Shown here: piece by piece, positions 1 to 9,217 of the stretch
Layout of the letters: each line of letters opens with the position of its first letter
Numbering within the stretch: the stretch's first letter is position 1
Assembly (NCBI GenBank): GCA_029881355.1
Contig: JAOUMT010000002.1
Location: forward strand, 1 to 50,682
Source of the DNA: Acidimicrobiia bacterium
Lineage (GTDB): Bacteria; Actinomycetota; Acidimicrobiia; Spongiisociales; JAENVV01
Length of the DNA stretch: 50,682 nt
Direction of reading: 5' to 3'
Notes under the pieces: generated by a model
Told to the model about the DNA's origin: nothing
What the model saw: the letters and a program-made list of their open reading frames with translations, nothing else
The model's database searches: none
Translations under genes and position numbers: made by a program

Positions 1-26
1 TGTGGGTCGCGGTGCCGGAGACTGCT

Positions 27-1394
27 TTAAGCCAACAGGTGTTTGGCCCATGAGGTGTGGCGGTTACGAAGCTCGTCGCCTTCGAGGCCGACGACGTTGC
101 CGCCTTCGACGACCACCCGACCGTGCACCACCGACCAATCAACGCAGGCACGGTTCGCGAACACCAGACCCGCAACCGGGTCGGCGAACCCCGAATCTCC
201 CACCCGGCTCGTGACGTCGATGGCGATGACGTCGCAGGCCTTGCCGACCTCAAGGGATCCGAGGTCGCTCCTGCCGAGGACTTCTGCACTCCCCCGCGTC
301 GCCATCCGCAACGCATCCCTGGCTGACATGAGTGCGCCGCCCTCTCCTACGCCAGGTGCCACAGCGAGGCGGGCAACCAGCATCGCTTGACGCACCTCGG
401 CCAGCAGATTCGAGCTGTCGTTCGAGGCGCTGCCGTCGACTCCCAGACCCACCGGTACGCCTTGCTTGCGGTACCTGGCAATCGGGGCGATCCCAGACGC
501 GAGTCGCATGTTGGACGTCGGGCAATGGGCGACTCCGGTTTTGGTGCGGGCCATTTGTTCCGACTCTTCGGCCGAGATGTGCACGCCGTGGGCGAACCAC
601 ACATCGTCGCCGAGCCAATCGAGTTGTTCGGCATACTCAACCGGACGAGCGCCAAACCGTTCGAGACAGAACGCTTCCTCGTCGATGGTCTCGGCGATAT
701 GGGTGTGGAGTCGCACGCCTAGTTCTCTGGCGAGAGCCGCCGACTCTTTCATCAGTTCGCCGGTCACCGAGAACGGCGAGGCAGGAGCCAGAACCACCTG
801 TCGCATCGAGCCAGGATCGGGATCGTGCCAGCGGGCCACCGCCTCCTGGCTCGCCTCGAGAATGGATTCGTGGCCTTCGACGATCGCGTCTGGGGGAAGC
901 CCGCCCGAGGATTCACCCAGGCTCATCGAGCCGCGCGAGGCAATGAACCGGATCGGCACCTTCTCGGCACCCTCGAACTGGTCGTCGATCGTTGACCCGT
1001 TCGGCCAGAGATACTGGTGATCAAACGCGGTAGTACAACCAGACATCGCTAGTTCAGCTAGTCCCAGGGTGGTTGCATCCCGGATACTCTCGGAGGTCAG
1101 CCGGGCCCAGAGCGGATAAAGCGCAACCAGCCAGGTGAAGAGATCGGCATCTTGGGCCCGCGGAATCGCTCTCGTGAGGGTTTGATAGAGGTGATGATGG
1201 GTGTTGATCAGTCCGGGCACAACCACCATGCCATCGGCATCAATGACTGTGTCTGCGGTACCCGGCAGGTCGGACGACGCGCCAACCTGGGTGATCCAGC
1301 CATCTTCAGCCATCAAGCCGCCCCCGGCGATCTCGGTGCCGCCATCATCCATCGTCACCAGAACGAGGGCATTACGAATGAGCAGGCTGCTCAC
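27..1394 (-). CDS. Amidohydrolase-superfamily purine deaminase, 8-oxoguanine deaminase / guanine deaminase-like
   Basis: 455-aa ORF with metal motif PGLINTHHHLYQTLTR after an N-terminal beta-sandwich segment. GTG start overlaps the upstream stop (GTGA at 1391-1394). Confidence 0.8.
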   Translation of the reverse strand: MSSLLIRNALVLVTMDDGGTEIAGGGLMAEDGWITQVGASSDLPGTADTVIDADGMVVVPGLINTHHHLYQTLTRAIPRAQDADLFTWLVALYPLWARLTSESIRDATTLGLAELAMSGCTTAFDHQYLWPNGSTIDDQFEGAEKVPIRFIASRGSMSLGESSGGLPPDAIVEGHESILEASQEAVARWHDPDPGSMRQVVLAPASPFSVTGELMKESAALARELGVRLHTHIAETIDEEAFCLERFGARPVEYAEQLDWLGDDVWFAHGVHISAEESEQMARTKTGVAHCPTSNMRLASGIAPIARYRKQGVPVGLGVDGSASNDSSNLLAEVRQAMLVARLAVAPGVGEGGALMSARDALRMATRGSAEVLGRSDLGSLEVGKACDVIAIDVTSRVGDSGFADPVAGLVFANRACVDWSVVHGRVVVEGGNVVGLEGDELRNRHTSWAKHLLA

Positions 1395-3619
1395 TGCGAA
1401 AGGCCCGCCAGGACTCGCGATGGCGTCAGAGGGAAGCTGTCAAACCAGACGCCCGTGGCGTCATGTAGGGCGGCAATCACCGCGGCCGCATATGGGAGGT
1501 ACGGCATCTCAGCCATACCTCGGGCGGCGAACGGGCCGAGCGGATCGCCGTACTCACCGATCACCGTATCAACCTGGCGGGGAATATCGCCGATGCCCGG
1601 GATCAGGTACTGCGAGAGGCGGGGATTGGTAATCCTCCCGTCAGTACTTACCAGCAGTTCGGACAGCGCATACCCGTGCGCCTGCACGATGGCACCCTCG
1701 GATTGGGTAGTCACGAGCATCGGGTTGATCGCCTTGCCAACGTCTACCGCACTCACCACCCGATCGATGCGGATGTGCCCGGTTTCAACGTCGACGGACA
1801 GATCGACCGCCTGCGCCACGTACCCGTACGAGAAGTTCGGTACGGCCGGACCGCCCTCGGGATCCAGCATCTCCGTGGGTGGGGGCACATAACGAAAATC
1901 ACCAACCGCAGGTCTGTCTCCATTGAGCCACGACTTCTCCGCTTCCTCGGCGGCACCGAGAATCGAATTGCCTGCCATGAAGGTCATTCGTGACGCCGAC
2001 ACCGAACCCGAATCGCCGGTTCTGGCAGTATCAGAAAACACTGCGTCGACTGAGGCAACGTCCAAACCCAGAGCTTCGGCTGTCATCTGGATAAGCGCGG
2101 CATGAGTTCCCTGACCCACTTCCGCAGCAGAGTGAAACAAGGTGGCAGAAGTCGGGGATTCGCCATCTCCGTGCAGTTCGATGCGTGCCTCACATCGCTC
2201 CGGGAATCCAAAACTGAAGCCGACGTTTTTGAAAGCGCACGCGAACCCTCGACCGTGTTTCGTCGCCTGGTCCGACCCTGGCAGTGACCGAAATGCCTTC
2301 ACGGGTTGGTAGCTGACCGGCGGGTCACCCCAACCAGCCGATTCGGCGCAATCGTCGACGACTTCTTTGATCGATACCCCCTGGGGAAGTGGCGTATGGG
2401 TGGCTCCGAGGTCCCCGTCTCCAATGAGGTTGCGTCGCCGTACCTCGACCGGGTCCATGCCAAGGGCTTCGGCGAGTTTGTTGATCTGCGATTCGGAAAC
2501 AAACGTTCCCTGAGGCCCTCCAAAGCCGCGGAAGGCTCCGCCGGGTATCGAGGTCGTGTATACGGCGTGGCTGTCGACTCGGATGTTCGGCAGTAGATAC
2601 GGTCCGGCCAAAGTCATATGGAGGTTGCCAAGTACTTTGTTCGACGTGTAGTTGTACGAGCCGGCGTCAAGATAGGCATCGGCCTCGACGGCGACGATCT
2701 TGCCGTCGGCGGTCGCCCCCCAGCGGGTCGTCACCTGGGCCCGATGTCGCTTGTGGTGACCAACGATCGATTCCTCTCGGGACCATTGTGTGCGAATTGG
2801 GCGCCGCTCGCCGAGAGCCGCGCATTTCTGGGCCGCCAGCGCCAGCACGATCTGCAGGCTCATATCCTCGCGACCACCGAACGCCCCTCCGATCGCCGGA
2901 TAGATGATCCGGATCTGATCAGCCGGTACATCGAGGGCGTGAGCAATCTGCTCTTGATCCTCGTGGGTCCACTGGCCCCCAATCTCGACCGTCAAACGAC
3001 CTTCTTCGTCCACATAGGCAACCGCCGCTTCTGGCTGTAAGTAGGCGTGTTCTTGATGGGGCAGTTGGTAGGTGCCTTCGACAACCACCTCCGCTTGGGC
3101 CCAACCTTGCTCCATATCGCCTTTGCGAAACACGTACTGGTAATACGCGTTGGTGGGCTTTCCATTCTCGGGATGTATCAACGGGGCATCCGGCGCCAGA
3201 GCAGTATCGACGTCGGCAGCGAGAGGCAGCTCCTGCCATTGCACGTCGATGAGATCTGCCGCCTGGCGAGCGATGGCATCGGTTTCGGCAACGACGACGG
3301 CAATGTGATCCGCCTCCCACCTACTGATGTCCGAAGGGACGTTACTGCGGCCGGTTCCGTCAACACCGACCAGGACTGGTTGATCGAACATCGTCAAGCC
3401 GTACTCATTGAGCGGCACATCGGCCGCCGTAACAATGGTGACGACCCCGTCGAGTTCGGCCGCTCTCGACGTATCCATAGAGGTCATCCGGGCGTGGGGC
3501 TGATCTGAAAAGACGACAACCGCAGTGAGCATCTCCGACTCGCGTATGTCGCCGGGGTAGATGGCCGCTCCGGTGACCTTGGCTTCGGCATCGGGACGTT
3601 TGATCGACTCGCCAATCAT
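1391..3619 (-). CDS. Xanthine dehydrogenase family molybdopterin-binding large subunit
   Basis: Long ORF with aldehyde oxidase/xanthine dehydrogenase a/b-hammerhead and Moco-binding domains (GGAFGGRED, GFRGFGGPQG). I chose the ATG at 3619 (MIGESIKRPDAEAKVTG) because it forms an ATGA overlap with the upstream stop; the 16 codons further upstream look non-coding. Confidence 0.9.
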   Translation of the reverse strand: MIGESIKRPDAEAKVTGAAIYPGDIRESEMLTAVVVFSDQPHARMTSMDTSRAAELDGVVTIVTAADVPLNEYGLTMFDQPVLVGVDGTGRSNVPSDISRWEADHIAVVVAETDAIARQAADLIDVQWQELPLAADVDTALAPDAPLIHPENGKPTNAYYQYVFRKGDMEQGWAQAEVVVEGTYQLPHQEHAYLQPEAAVAYVDEEGRLTVEIGGQWTHEDQEQIAHALDVPADQIRIIYPAIGGAFGGREDMSLQIVLALAAQKCAALGERRPIRTQWSREESIVGHHKRHRAQVTTRWGATADGKIVAVEADAYLDAGSYNYTSNKVLGNLHMTLAGPYLLPNIRVDSHAVYTTSIPGGAFRGFGGPQGTFVSESQINKLAEALGMDPVEVRRRNLIGDGDLGATHTPLPQGVSIKEVVDDCAESAGWGDPPVSYQPVKAFRSLPGSDQATKHGRGFACAFKNVGFSFGFPERCEARIELHGDGESPTSATLFHSAAEVGQGTHAALIQMTAEALGLDVASVDAVFSDTARTGDSGSVSASRMTFMAGNSILGAAEEAEKSWLNGDRPAVGDFRYVPPPTEMLDPEGGPAVPNFSYGYVAQAVDLSVDVETGHIRIDRVVSAVDVGKAINPMLVTTQSEGAIVQAHGYALSELLVSTDGRITNPRLSQYLIPGIGDIPRQVDTVIGEYGDPLGPFAARGMAEMPYLPYAAAVIAALHDATGVWFDSFPLTPSRVLAGLSQ

Positions 3620-5016
3620 TGGCCGGCCGCCACAACCGCGTCGATGATCTTGTAATAGCCGGTACACCGGCAGAGATTGCCGGCCAGGCCTTCGATGACT
3701 GCGTCGGCGTCAGGGGTGGTCACCTCGTCGAGTAGTGAGGCACCGGCCACGATGAAGCCGGGGATGCAATATCCACATTGCACGGCGAACTTGTCGATGA
3801 ACGCTTGTTGGACGGGGTGGAGATCACCATTGGCGATACCCTCGACCGTCACTACCGACGCGCCTCCCACAGATAGGGCGGGTACCAGGCACGACATGAC
3901 GGCACTGCCGTTGAATTGCACGGTGCAGGCTCCGCACTCGCCCTCGGCGCATCCTTCCTTCGTTCCGGTTAGCGAGGCTCCGATGAGCGGACCTGCGACA
4001 TCGCGCAGCCAGTCAAGCAACGTCAATCCGGCGCCTCCGGCCACCTCGACTTCGTGCCCGTTGACGGTGGCCCAGTCGCCGCTCGAACCATGGGTCGACC
4101 CGCTCGCTCCAAGCAAGATCGGTGGTCGGTGGTCGGCCGGCGCCGACCGCAGTGACTGCAACCCTCGTTCGACGACTACCCGGACCGCCTCGGTACGGTA
4201 AGCCGCGGTGGCTCGGACATCGTCGATCGGGGTTACGGACGACATGGCTGCTAGCGCCGCGGCGCCAATCGCTTCGTCGTCAAGGGGTTTGCCGACCAAT
4301 GCCTCAACCGGGGCCTCGACGATGGTGGTAGCGACCGAACCCAAAGCGATTTTGGCGGACGACACGAGATCGCCGTCGGTCGCCACCACCATGGCCGCGT
4401 GAACAACCGAAATCGCTTGAGCAGCCCGCAGGCCGGCTTTGACGAACACTCCCCGTTCGTTGGCGGCAAGCTTGCGAAACGTTATGGAAGTGATGAGTTC
4501 GTCTGGCATCCGAAGGCTACGACGTACCCCCGTGTGGAACTCCTGGAGGGTTACCGTTCGCTCTCCCCGTACCGATCGCAAGGTCAACTCTGCATCAAGC
4601 ACTCGCAGCGCAGAAATCGTGTCGTTGGCGGGACTGGCGGTCGCGATGTTGCCAACGACGGTTGCTCGATTCCTTAGCTGAGGCGAGCCAATCTCAAAGC
4701 AGGCTTCGGCGAGCGGACGGGCGAAATCCCACAGCTGGGCCGAGGCCACGATCTGATTATGGGTCACCAGCATCCCGATCGTGACTCGCTTCTCGTCGAT
4801 CTGGATTTGCCCGCAGCCGGTGACGGCCGATAGGTCAATGAGTACCTCGACGCCGCCATGTTGATGGTGGGCGAACTCAAGAATGAGGTCCGTTCCACCC
4901 GCGATGAGGCGAGCCTTTTCGCCGTATTCGCCGAGCAGCTTCACCGCTTCGTCGATCGTCTTGGGGCGTAACACCTGATTCGGAAGCGGTCCACGCCGCT
5001 GAACTTCATGCATCAT
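3616..5016 (-). CDS. Fused FAD-binding (CoxM/XdhB-like) plus [2Fe-2S] (CoxS-like) subunit of xanthine dehydrogenase
   Basis: The N-terminal about 290 aa resemble the molybdopterin-dehydrogenase FAD-binding domain (LIAGGTDL). The C-terminal about 150 aa carry GCAEGECGACTV, QCGYCIPG and LCRCTGY cluster motifs. Confidence 0.9.
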   Translation of the reverse strand: MMHEVQRRGPLPNQVLRPKTIDEAVKLLGEYGEKARLIAGGTDLILEFAHHQHGGVEVLIDLSAVTGCGQIQIDEKRVTIGMLVTHNQIVASAQLWDFARPLAEACFEIGSPQLRNRATVVGNIATASPANDTISALRVLDAELTLRSVRGERTVTLQEFHTGVRRSLRMPDELITSITFRKLAANERGVFVKAGLRAAQAISVVHAAMVVATDGDLVSSAKIALGSVATTIVEAPVEALVGKPLDDEAIGAAALAAMSSVTPIDDVRATAAYRTEAVRVVVERGLQSLRSAPADHRPPILLGASGSTHGSSGDWATVNGHEVEVAGGAGLTLLDWLRDVAGPLIGASLTGTKEGCAEGECGACTVQFNGSAVMSCLVPALSVGGASVVTVEGIANGDLHPVQQAFIDKFAVQCGYCIPGFIVAGASLLDEVTTPDADAVIEGLAGNLCRCTGYYKIIDAVVAAGQ

Positions 5017-5587
5017 TGCGACCGTTATAGATGAGCGCTCCGGAGGCTGCGTACATGTCCAGTATTGCGGCGGCTTCCTCTCGCATGACGTCCACTTCGA
5101 CTTCGATGCCGCGGGACCTCAGGGCGTCCTGCCAGTCGGCGACCTTGGGGCCTTCGTCAAAACCGATAGAACGAGCGTCCTGGTCCCGGGCACCCGTGAC
5201 CAGCTTTCTCACCCCTGACCACACCGTGGCACCCATACAGAGCGCGCACGGTTCAGTCGACGCAACGAGTTCCATGGCCGGTAACCCTTCACCGCCGAGA
5301 TCGAAGACTCCGAGTCGCTGGTTGGCCAGGCCGATGGCGGTCGTTTCGGCATGGGCAAACGAAATGGCGGTCGGCACGACCCGGTTCACTCCCGGAGCCA
5401 CCAGGATGCCGCTGGCTGATTCGAATATGGCCGCCCCAAACGGGCCGCCGGTTTGCTCGACGACGTTGCGACGGGCCAGTTCGATGACGAACGGCATCCG
5501 ATCGGTCGGCTCGAATGAGACGCCCGGCGAGGCCATATCGTCGATCCAGTCGGGCGGATCGATCACGACTCTTCCCCACGAGCTCAC
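5006..5587 (-). CDS. CDA-fold (cytidine/deoxycytidylate deaminase family) guanine/nucleobase deaminase
   Basis: 193 aa with zinc motifs HAETTAI and PCALCMGA. GTGA overlap with the permease stop at 5584-5587. Confidence 0.85.
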   Translation of the reverse strand: MSSWGRVVIDPPDWIDDMASPGVSFEPTDRMPFVIELARRNVVEQTGGPFGAAIFESASGILVAPGVNRVVPTAISFAHAETTAIGLANQRLGVFDLGGEGLPAMELVASTEPCALCMGATVWSGVRKLVTGARDQDARSIGFDEGPKVADWQDALRSRGIEVEVDVMREEAAAILDMYAASGALIYNGRNDA

Positions 5588-6540
5588 GTTCGTTCCTCCC
5601 TGGCATACGGAATACCGAGGGCGGCTGGGGCACCAAGACGGCTACGCAACGATGATGCAGATGACACCAGCACGAGCACAACGATGGTCATGATGTAGGG
5701 AGCCATGTTCAGTAGGTTCGCCGAAATGGTCGTACCCGAGGCCTGTAATCGGAATTGAATTGCATTCACTCCCCCAAATAGGAGCGCACCGAAGAGAGCT
5801 CTCGTCGGACGCCAACTCGCAAAGATTACAAGGGCAACCGCGATCCAACCACGACCTCCGGTGAGGTTCTCTGACCAACCAGGTGTATAGGCCAGCGACA
5901 GGTGTGCGCCTCCGAGTCCCGCCAGAGCCCCTCCGACCATGGTGTAGATGTACCGGTACCGCAACACGGGGATCCCCATCGCCTCAACCGTGGCAGGGCT
6001 TTCTCCCATGGCTCTAAGTTGTTGGCCGAGCGTGGTGCGGTAGATGTAAAACGACACGAGCGGAATGAACAAGTACATGGAATACACGACGAGATCCTGA
6101 TTGAAGAGCGCTTCCCCAACGACGGGAATCGAGCTGAGTCCGGGTATCGCAACATCGCGAAAACGCGGCCCCTGTAAACCAACCAGCGGGCCGTTGTTCG
6201 GGCCCAAGCGCTCGCCGATGAAGCTGGCCAGGCCGGTCCCGGCCAGCGTCAACGCCAAACCGGAGACGATCTGATCAGCGCGCAGCGTGATCGTGACGAA
6301 GGCGTGCAGAAGCGCCATGAGCGACCCAATGGCCATCGCTACCAGGATGCCAATCGTCAGCGATCCCGAGTGGAATGCCGCTGCAAATCCGGTGACCGCC
6401 CCCATGATCATCATTCCCTCAACGCCCAGATTGAGGATTCCGGAGCGTTCGGTGATCGCTTCGCCGATGGTCGCATACGTCAGCGACGTACCGGCAAAGA
6501 CCGCAATTCCCAAGATGGAGGCAATCAGGTCCGCATTCAT
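5584..6540 (-). CDS. ABC transporter permease (BMP-family nucleoside/purine importer, second permease)
   Basis: Polytopic hydrophobic protein. Start set at the ATG at 6540 (MNADLIASILG), which forms an ATGA overlap with the upstream stop. The 64-codon extension of the tracked ORF is Arg/Pro-rich and overlaps the upstream gene. Confidence 0.85.
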   Translation of the reverse strand: MNADLIASILGIAVFAGTSLTYATIGEAITERSGILNLGVEGMMIMGAVTGFAAAFHSGSLTIGILVAMAIGSLMALLHAFVTITLRADQIVSGLALTLAGTGLASFIGERLGPNNGPLVGLQGPRFRDVAIPGLSSIPVVGEALFNQDLVVYSMYLFIPLVSFYIYRTTLGQQLRAMGESPATVEAMGIPVLRYRYIYTMVGGALAGLGGAHLSLAYTPGWSENLTGGRGWIAVALVIFASWRPTRALFGALLFGGVNAIQFRLQASGTTISANLLNMAPYIMTIVVLVLVSSASSLRSRLGAPAALGIPYAREERT

Positions 6541-7649
6541 GCCGGGGCCTCGACGTGCTGGCGGACCACCCGGATCCGATAGCGACTGAAGATGTCTCCG
6601 CCAAGCACAAAGAACAGCATGATGCCTTGCACGACCTGGGCGACGGAAGCAGGCAGACCCATGGTCATCTGTATTTGGTCTCCCCCCACGAATACGGCGG
6701 CCAGCAGGATCGACACGAGAACGATTGCCCACGGTTGCAGCTTGGCGACCCAGGCGACGATGATCGCCGTGAAGCCATTGTTGGCGGAGAGCCCTTGCTG
6801 GAGTTTGTGCGAAATCCCGGCCACTTCTCCCATGCCAGCCAGCCCGGCGAGACCGCCAGAGACGAGCATGACAAGAATGATGTTTCGGAACATCGATACT
6901 CCGGCAAACCGGGCTGCTTCGGGGTTATCGCCAAGCAGGCGAATCTCGTAGCCGGCCCGGGTTTTGGAAAGCAGCACCCAAACAAAGACGGCCGCCAGAA
7001 GCCCGATGAAGATCGCCAGGTTCACTCTCGTATTGAAAAACCTTGGTAGCCAGGTGTATTCGGGGAACAGTGCCGAACCGGGGAAACCGAAACCTGCGGG
7101 ATCTTTCCAAGAGGTCGTAAACAGCTGCGAGTACCACAAGATGGCGATGTAGTTCAGCATGAGCGTCACGATGATCTCGCTGACATTGAGGTAGGCCTTC
7201 AGAAGCGCAGGGATCAATGCCCACAACGCCCCGGCGAGAATGGCTGCACCTCCCATGAGCAGGCCATAAACCACCAGGTTCTGAGGTATACCGGGAGCGG
7301 CCTCGGGGAGAAAAAGCGCCACTCCCGACGCAGCAATCCCCCCCATGACCAGCTGACCCTCAGCGCCGATGTTCCAGAACTTCATCTTGAACGCCACCGC
7401 GACTGCCAAACCGGTCAATATGAGTGGAGTGGCCCGCACCAATGTTTCAGAAACGCTGTAAAACTCGCCCCCGAAGATATCCCCGAACGCCCCGTCCCAC
7501 ATCGCCGCGTAGGTCTCGATCGGATTGGCCCCGAATGCAAGAAGCAACAGCCCGCTTGCTACCAGTGCCAGCACCACCGAGACGACCGGTACTACCCAGC
7601 TGAGGTAGCCGGGCGGATCGAGGCGGCGCTCGAGACGCAGCCGGATCAT
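6537..7649 (-). CDS. ABC transporter permease (BMP-family nucleoside/purine importer, first permease)
   Basis: 370-aa polytopic membrane protein. ATGA overlap with the ATPase stop at 7646-7649. Confidence 0.9.
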   Translation of the reverse strand: MIRLRLERRLDPPGYLSWVVPVVSVVLALVASGLLLLAFGANPIETYAAMWDGAFGDIFGGEFYSVSETLVRATPLILTGLAVAVAFKMKFWNIGAEGQLVMGGIAASGVALFLPEAAPGIPQNLVVYGLLMGGAAILAGALWALIPALLKAYLNVSEIIVTLMLNYIAILWYSQLFTTSWKDPAGFGFPGSALFPEYTWLPRFFNTRVNLAIFIGLLAAVFVWVLLSKTRAGYEIRLLGDNPEAARFAGVSMFRNIILVMLVSGGLAGLAGMGEVAGISHKLQQGLSANNGFTAIIVAWVAKLQPWAIVLVSILLAAVFVGGDQIQMTMGLPASVAQVVQGIMLFFVLGGDIFSRYRIRVVRQHVEAPA

Positions 7650-9208
7650 TGGTGAACCGCCTCGCCGGCCATCATGAGGCCAACCCGTTCCTTAGTCGCT
7701 TGGTCCGCATCGACGACGCCCATGTTCTCGCCGCCGTGAAGAACCATGACCCGATCGGAGAGGACCAAAAGCTCGTCCAGGTCTTCGGAAATCAGAATGA
7801 TCGCCGACCCGCGCAATCGTTCGGCCAGCAGTGCCTCGCGCACCGCCTCGATCGCCCCGACGTCCAATCCGCGAGTCGGATAGGCGGCGACGATAAGTGG
7901 AGTCAGGCCGCTCTTGGCTCCCGCGTCGATCTCGCGGGCCAGGATCGCCTTCTGTTGATTACCGCCGGAGAGGTTTCGGGCCGGCGTCGACGACGAAGGC
8001 GTGGAAACGGCAAACTTCTTGATGTACTCGTCGGACAGCGTGGATATGGCCCGCTTACGAAGAAATCGACCCTTGGAGATCGGGGCAGACTTATAGCGCT
8101 TCATGATGAAGTTATCAGTGAGGGGCAGGCCGCCGGCCAAGCCCATCCCCAATCGGTCGGCCGGAACATGCGAAACGCCCCGGCGGATGAAACCTCGCGG
8201 TGACATCCCGGTCACATCGTCACCGTGGAGGTATATCCGGCCGCCTGTCAGGGACCGCAATCCGGTAATACATTCAGCCAACTCGAACTGTCCATTTCCG
8301 GCTACGCCGGCCACGCCGAGAATCTCCCCTGAGTGCACTTCGAACGAGACACCGGCCACCGCAGGCAATCCCCGGCTGTCGCTGGCCGATACGTTCTCGC
8401 AATTCAGGACGACGGCCCCGGCGTCATGGTCTTCCCGGTCGGAGTCGAACAAGACCTCGCGACCGACCATGAGTTTGGCCAGACCGGCTTTGTCGGCATC
8501 TTTGGTGTCGATGGTCGCCACGTTGCGTCCTCCCCGGAGCACGGTGACCCGATCGGAGAAGGCCAGCACCTCGTCCAGCTTGTGTGAGATGAAGATCACC
8601 GCCCGACCGTCGTCGGCCAGATGACGCAGCGTGACACCAAGTTCGGCGCTCTCCTGAGGAGTCAGGACCGCGGTTGGTTCATCGAGAATGAGGATCTCGG
8701 CTCCGCGGTACAGCAGTTTGAGAATCTCGACGCGCTGAAGCAACCCCACCGACAGCTGCCAGATCTCGGCTGTCGGATCGACTTTGAGTCCAAACCGTTC
8801 ACCAAGTGCGGCGACCTCCGCTTCGATCTTCTTCATATTCGGGACGAATCCCACCCCCTCAACACCGAGGATGACGTTCTCGGCAACCGTCTGGTTCGGA
8901 ACGAGCTTGAAGTGTTGGTAGACCATGCCGATGCCGAGGCGAATGGCATCGCGGGGCGAGTGGATCTCGACTCTGTGAAGCGGTTCGCCGCCCGTGGCAA
9001 GCTCGATGTGGCCTTCAGTCGGCCGGTATAGGCCCACCAGGCAACTCATCAGGGTGGACTTTCCGGCCCCGTTTTCCCCCAGCAAAGCGTGGATCTCACC
9101 ACGTCGCACGGTGAGATCCACGTTTTCATTCGCCAGAACACCCGGGAACCGCTTGGTGAGGCCGCGTATCGCGACGGCGACCTCACCTACCTCCGGATCC
9201 ACTGTCAT
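7646..9208 (-). CDS. ABC transporter ATP-binding protein, duplicated ABC domains (nucleoside/sugar type)
   Basis: Walker A GENGAGKST, signature LSVGLLQRVEI, Walker B ILILDEPT. The second domain has the degenerate P-loop GVAGNGQ and signature LSGGNQQK. Confidence 0.95.
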   Translation of the reverse strand: MTVDPEVGEVAVAIRGLTKRFPGVLANENVDLTVRRGEIHALLGENGAGKSTLMSCLVGLYRPTEGHIELATGGEPLHRVEIHSPRDAIRLGIGMVYQHFKLVPNQTVAENVILGVEGVGFVPNMKKIEAEVAALGERFGLKVDPTAEIWQLSVGLLQRVEILKLLYRGAEILILDEPTAVLTPQESAELGVTLRHLADDGRAVIFISHKLDEVLAFSDRVTVLRGGRNVATIDTKDADKAGLAKLMVGREVLFDSDREDHDAGAVVLNCENVSASDSRGLPAVAGVSFEVHSGEILGVAGVAGNGQFELAECITGLRSLTGGRIYLHGDDVTGMSPRGFIRRGVSHVPADRLGMGLAGGLPLTDNFIMKRYKSAPISKGRFLRKRAISTLSDEYIKKFAVSTPSSSTPARNLSGGNQQKAILAREIDAGAKSGLTPLIVAAYPTRGLDVGAIEAVREALLAERLRGSAIILISEDLDELLVLSDRVMVLHGGENMGVVDADQATKERVGLMMAGEAVHQ

Positions 9209-9217
9209 GGCTGGTTC

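Noticed and set aside
5584-6732. Long N-terminal extensions of tracked ORFs: 5584-6732, 1391-3667, 15885-16892, 26213-26896, 29259-30134, 34767-35783, 46496-47488, 49442-49891 and 19862-20728.
   Set aside because: The extensions overlap upstream genes or intergenic promoters and are compositionally non-protein-like. Internal ATG/GTG starts give canonical N-termini with RBS or 4-nt coupling overlaps. I used the shorter coordinates.
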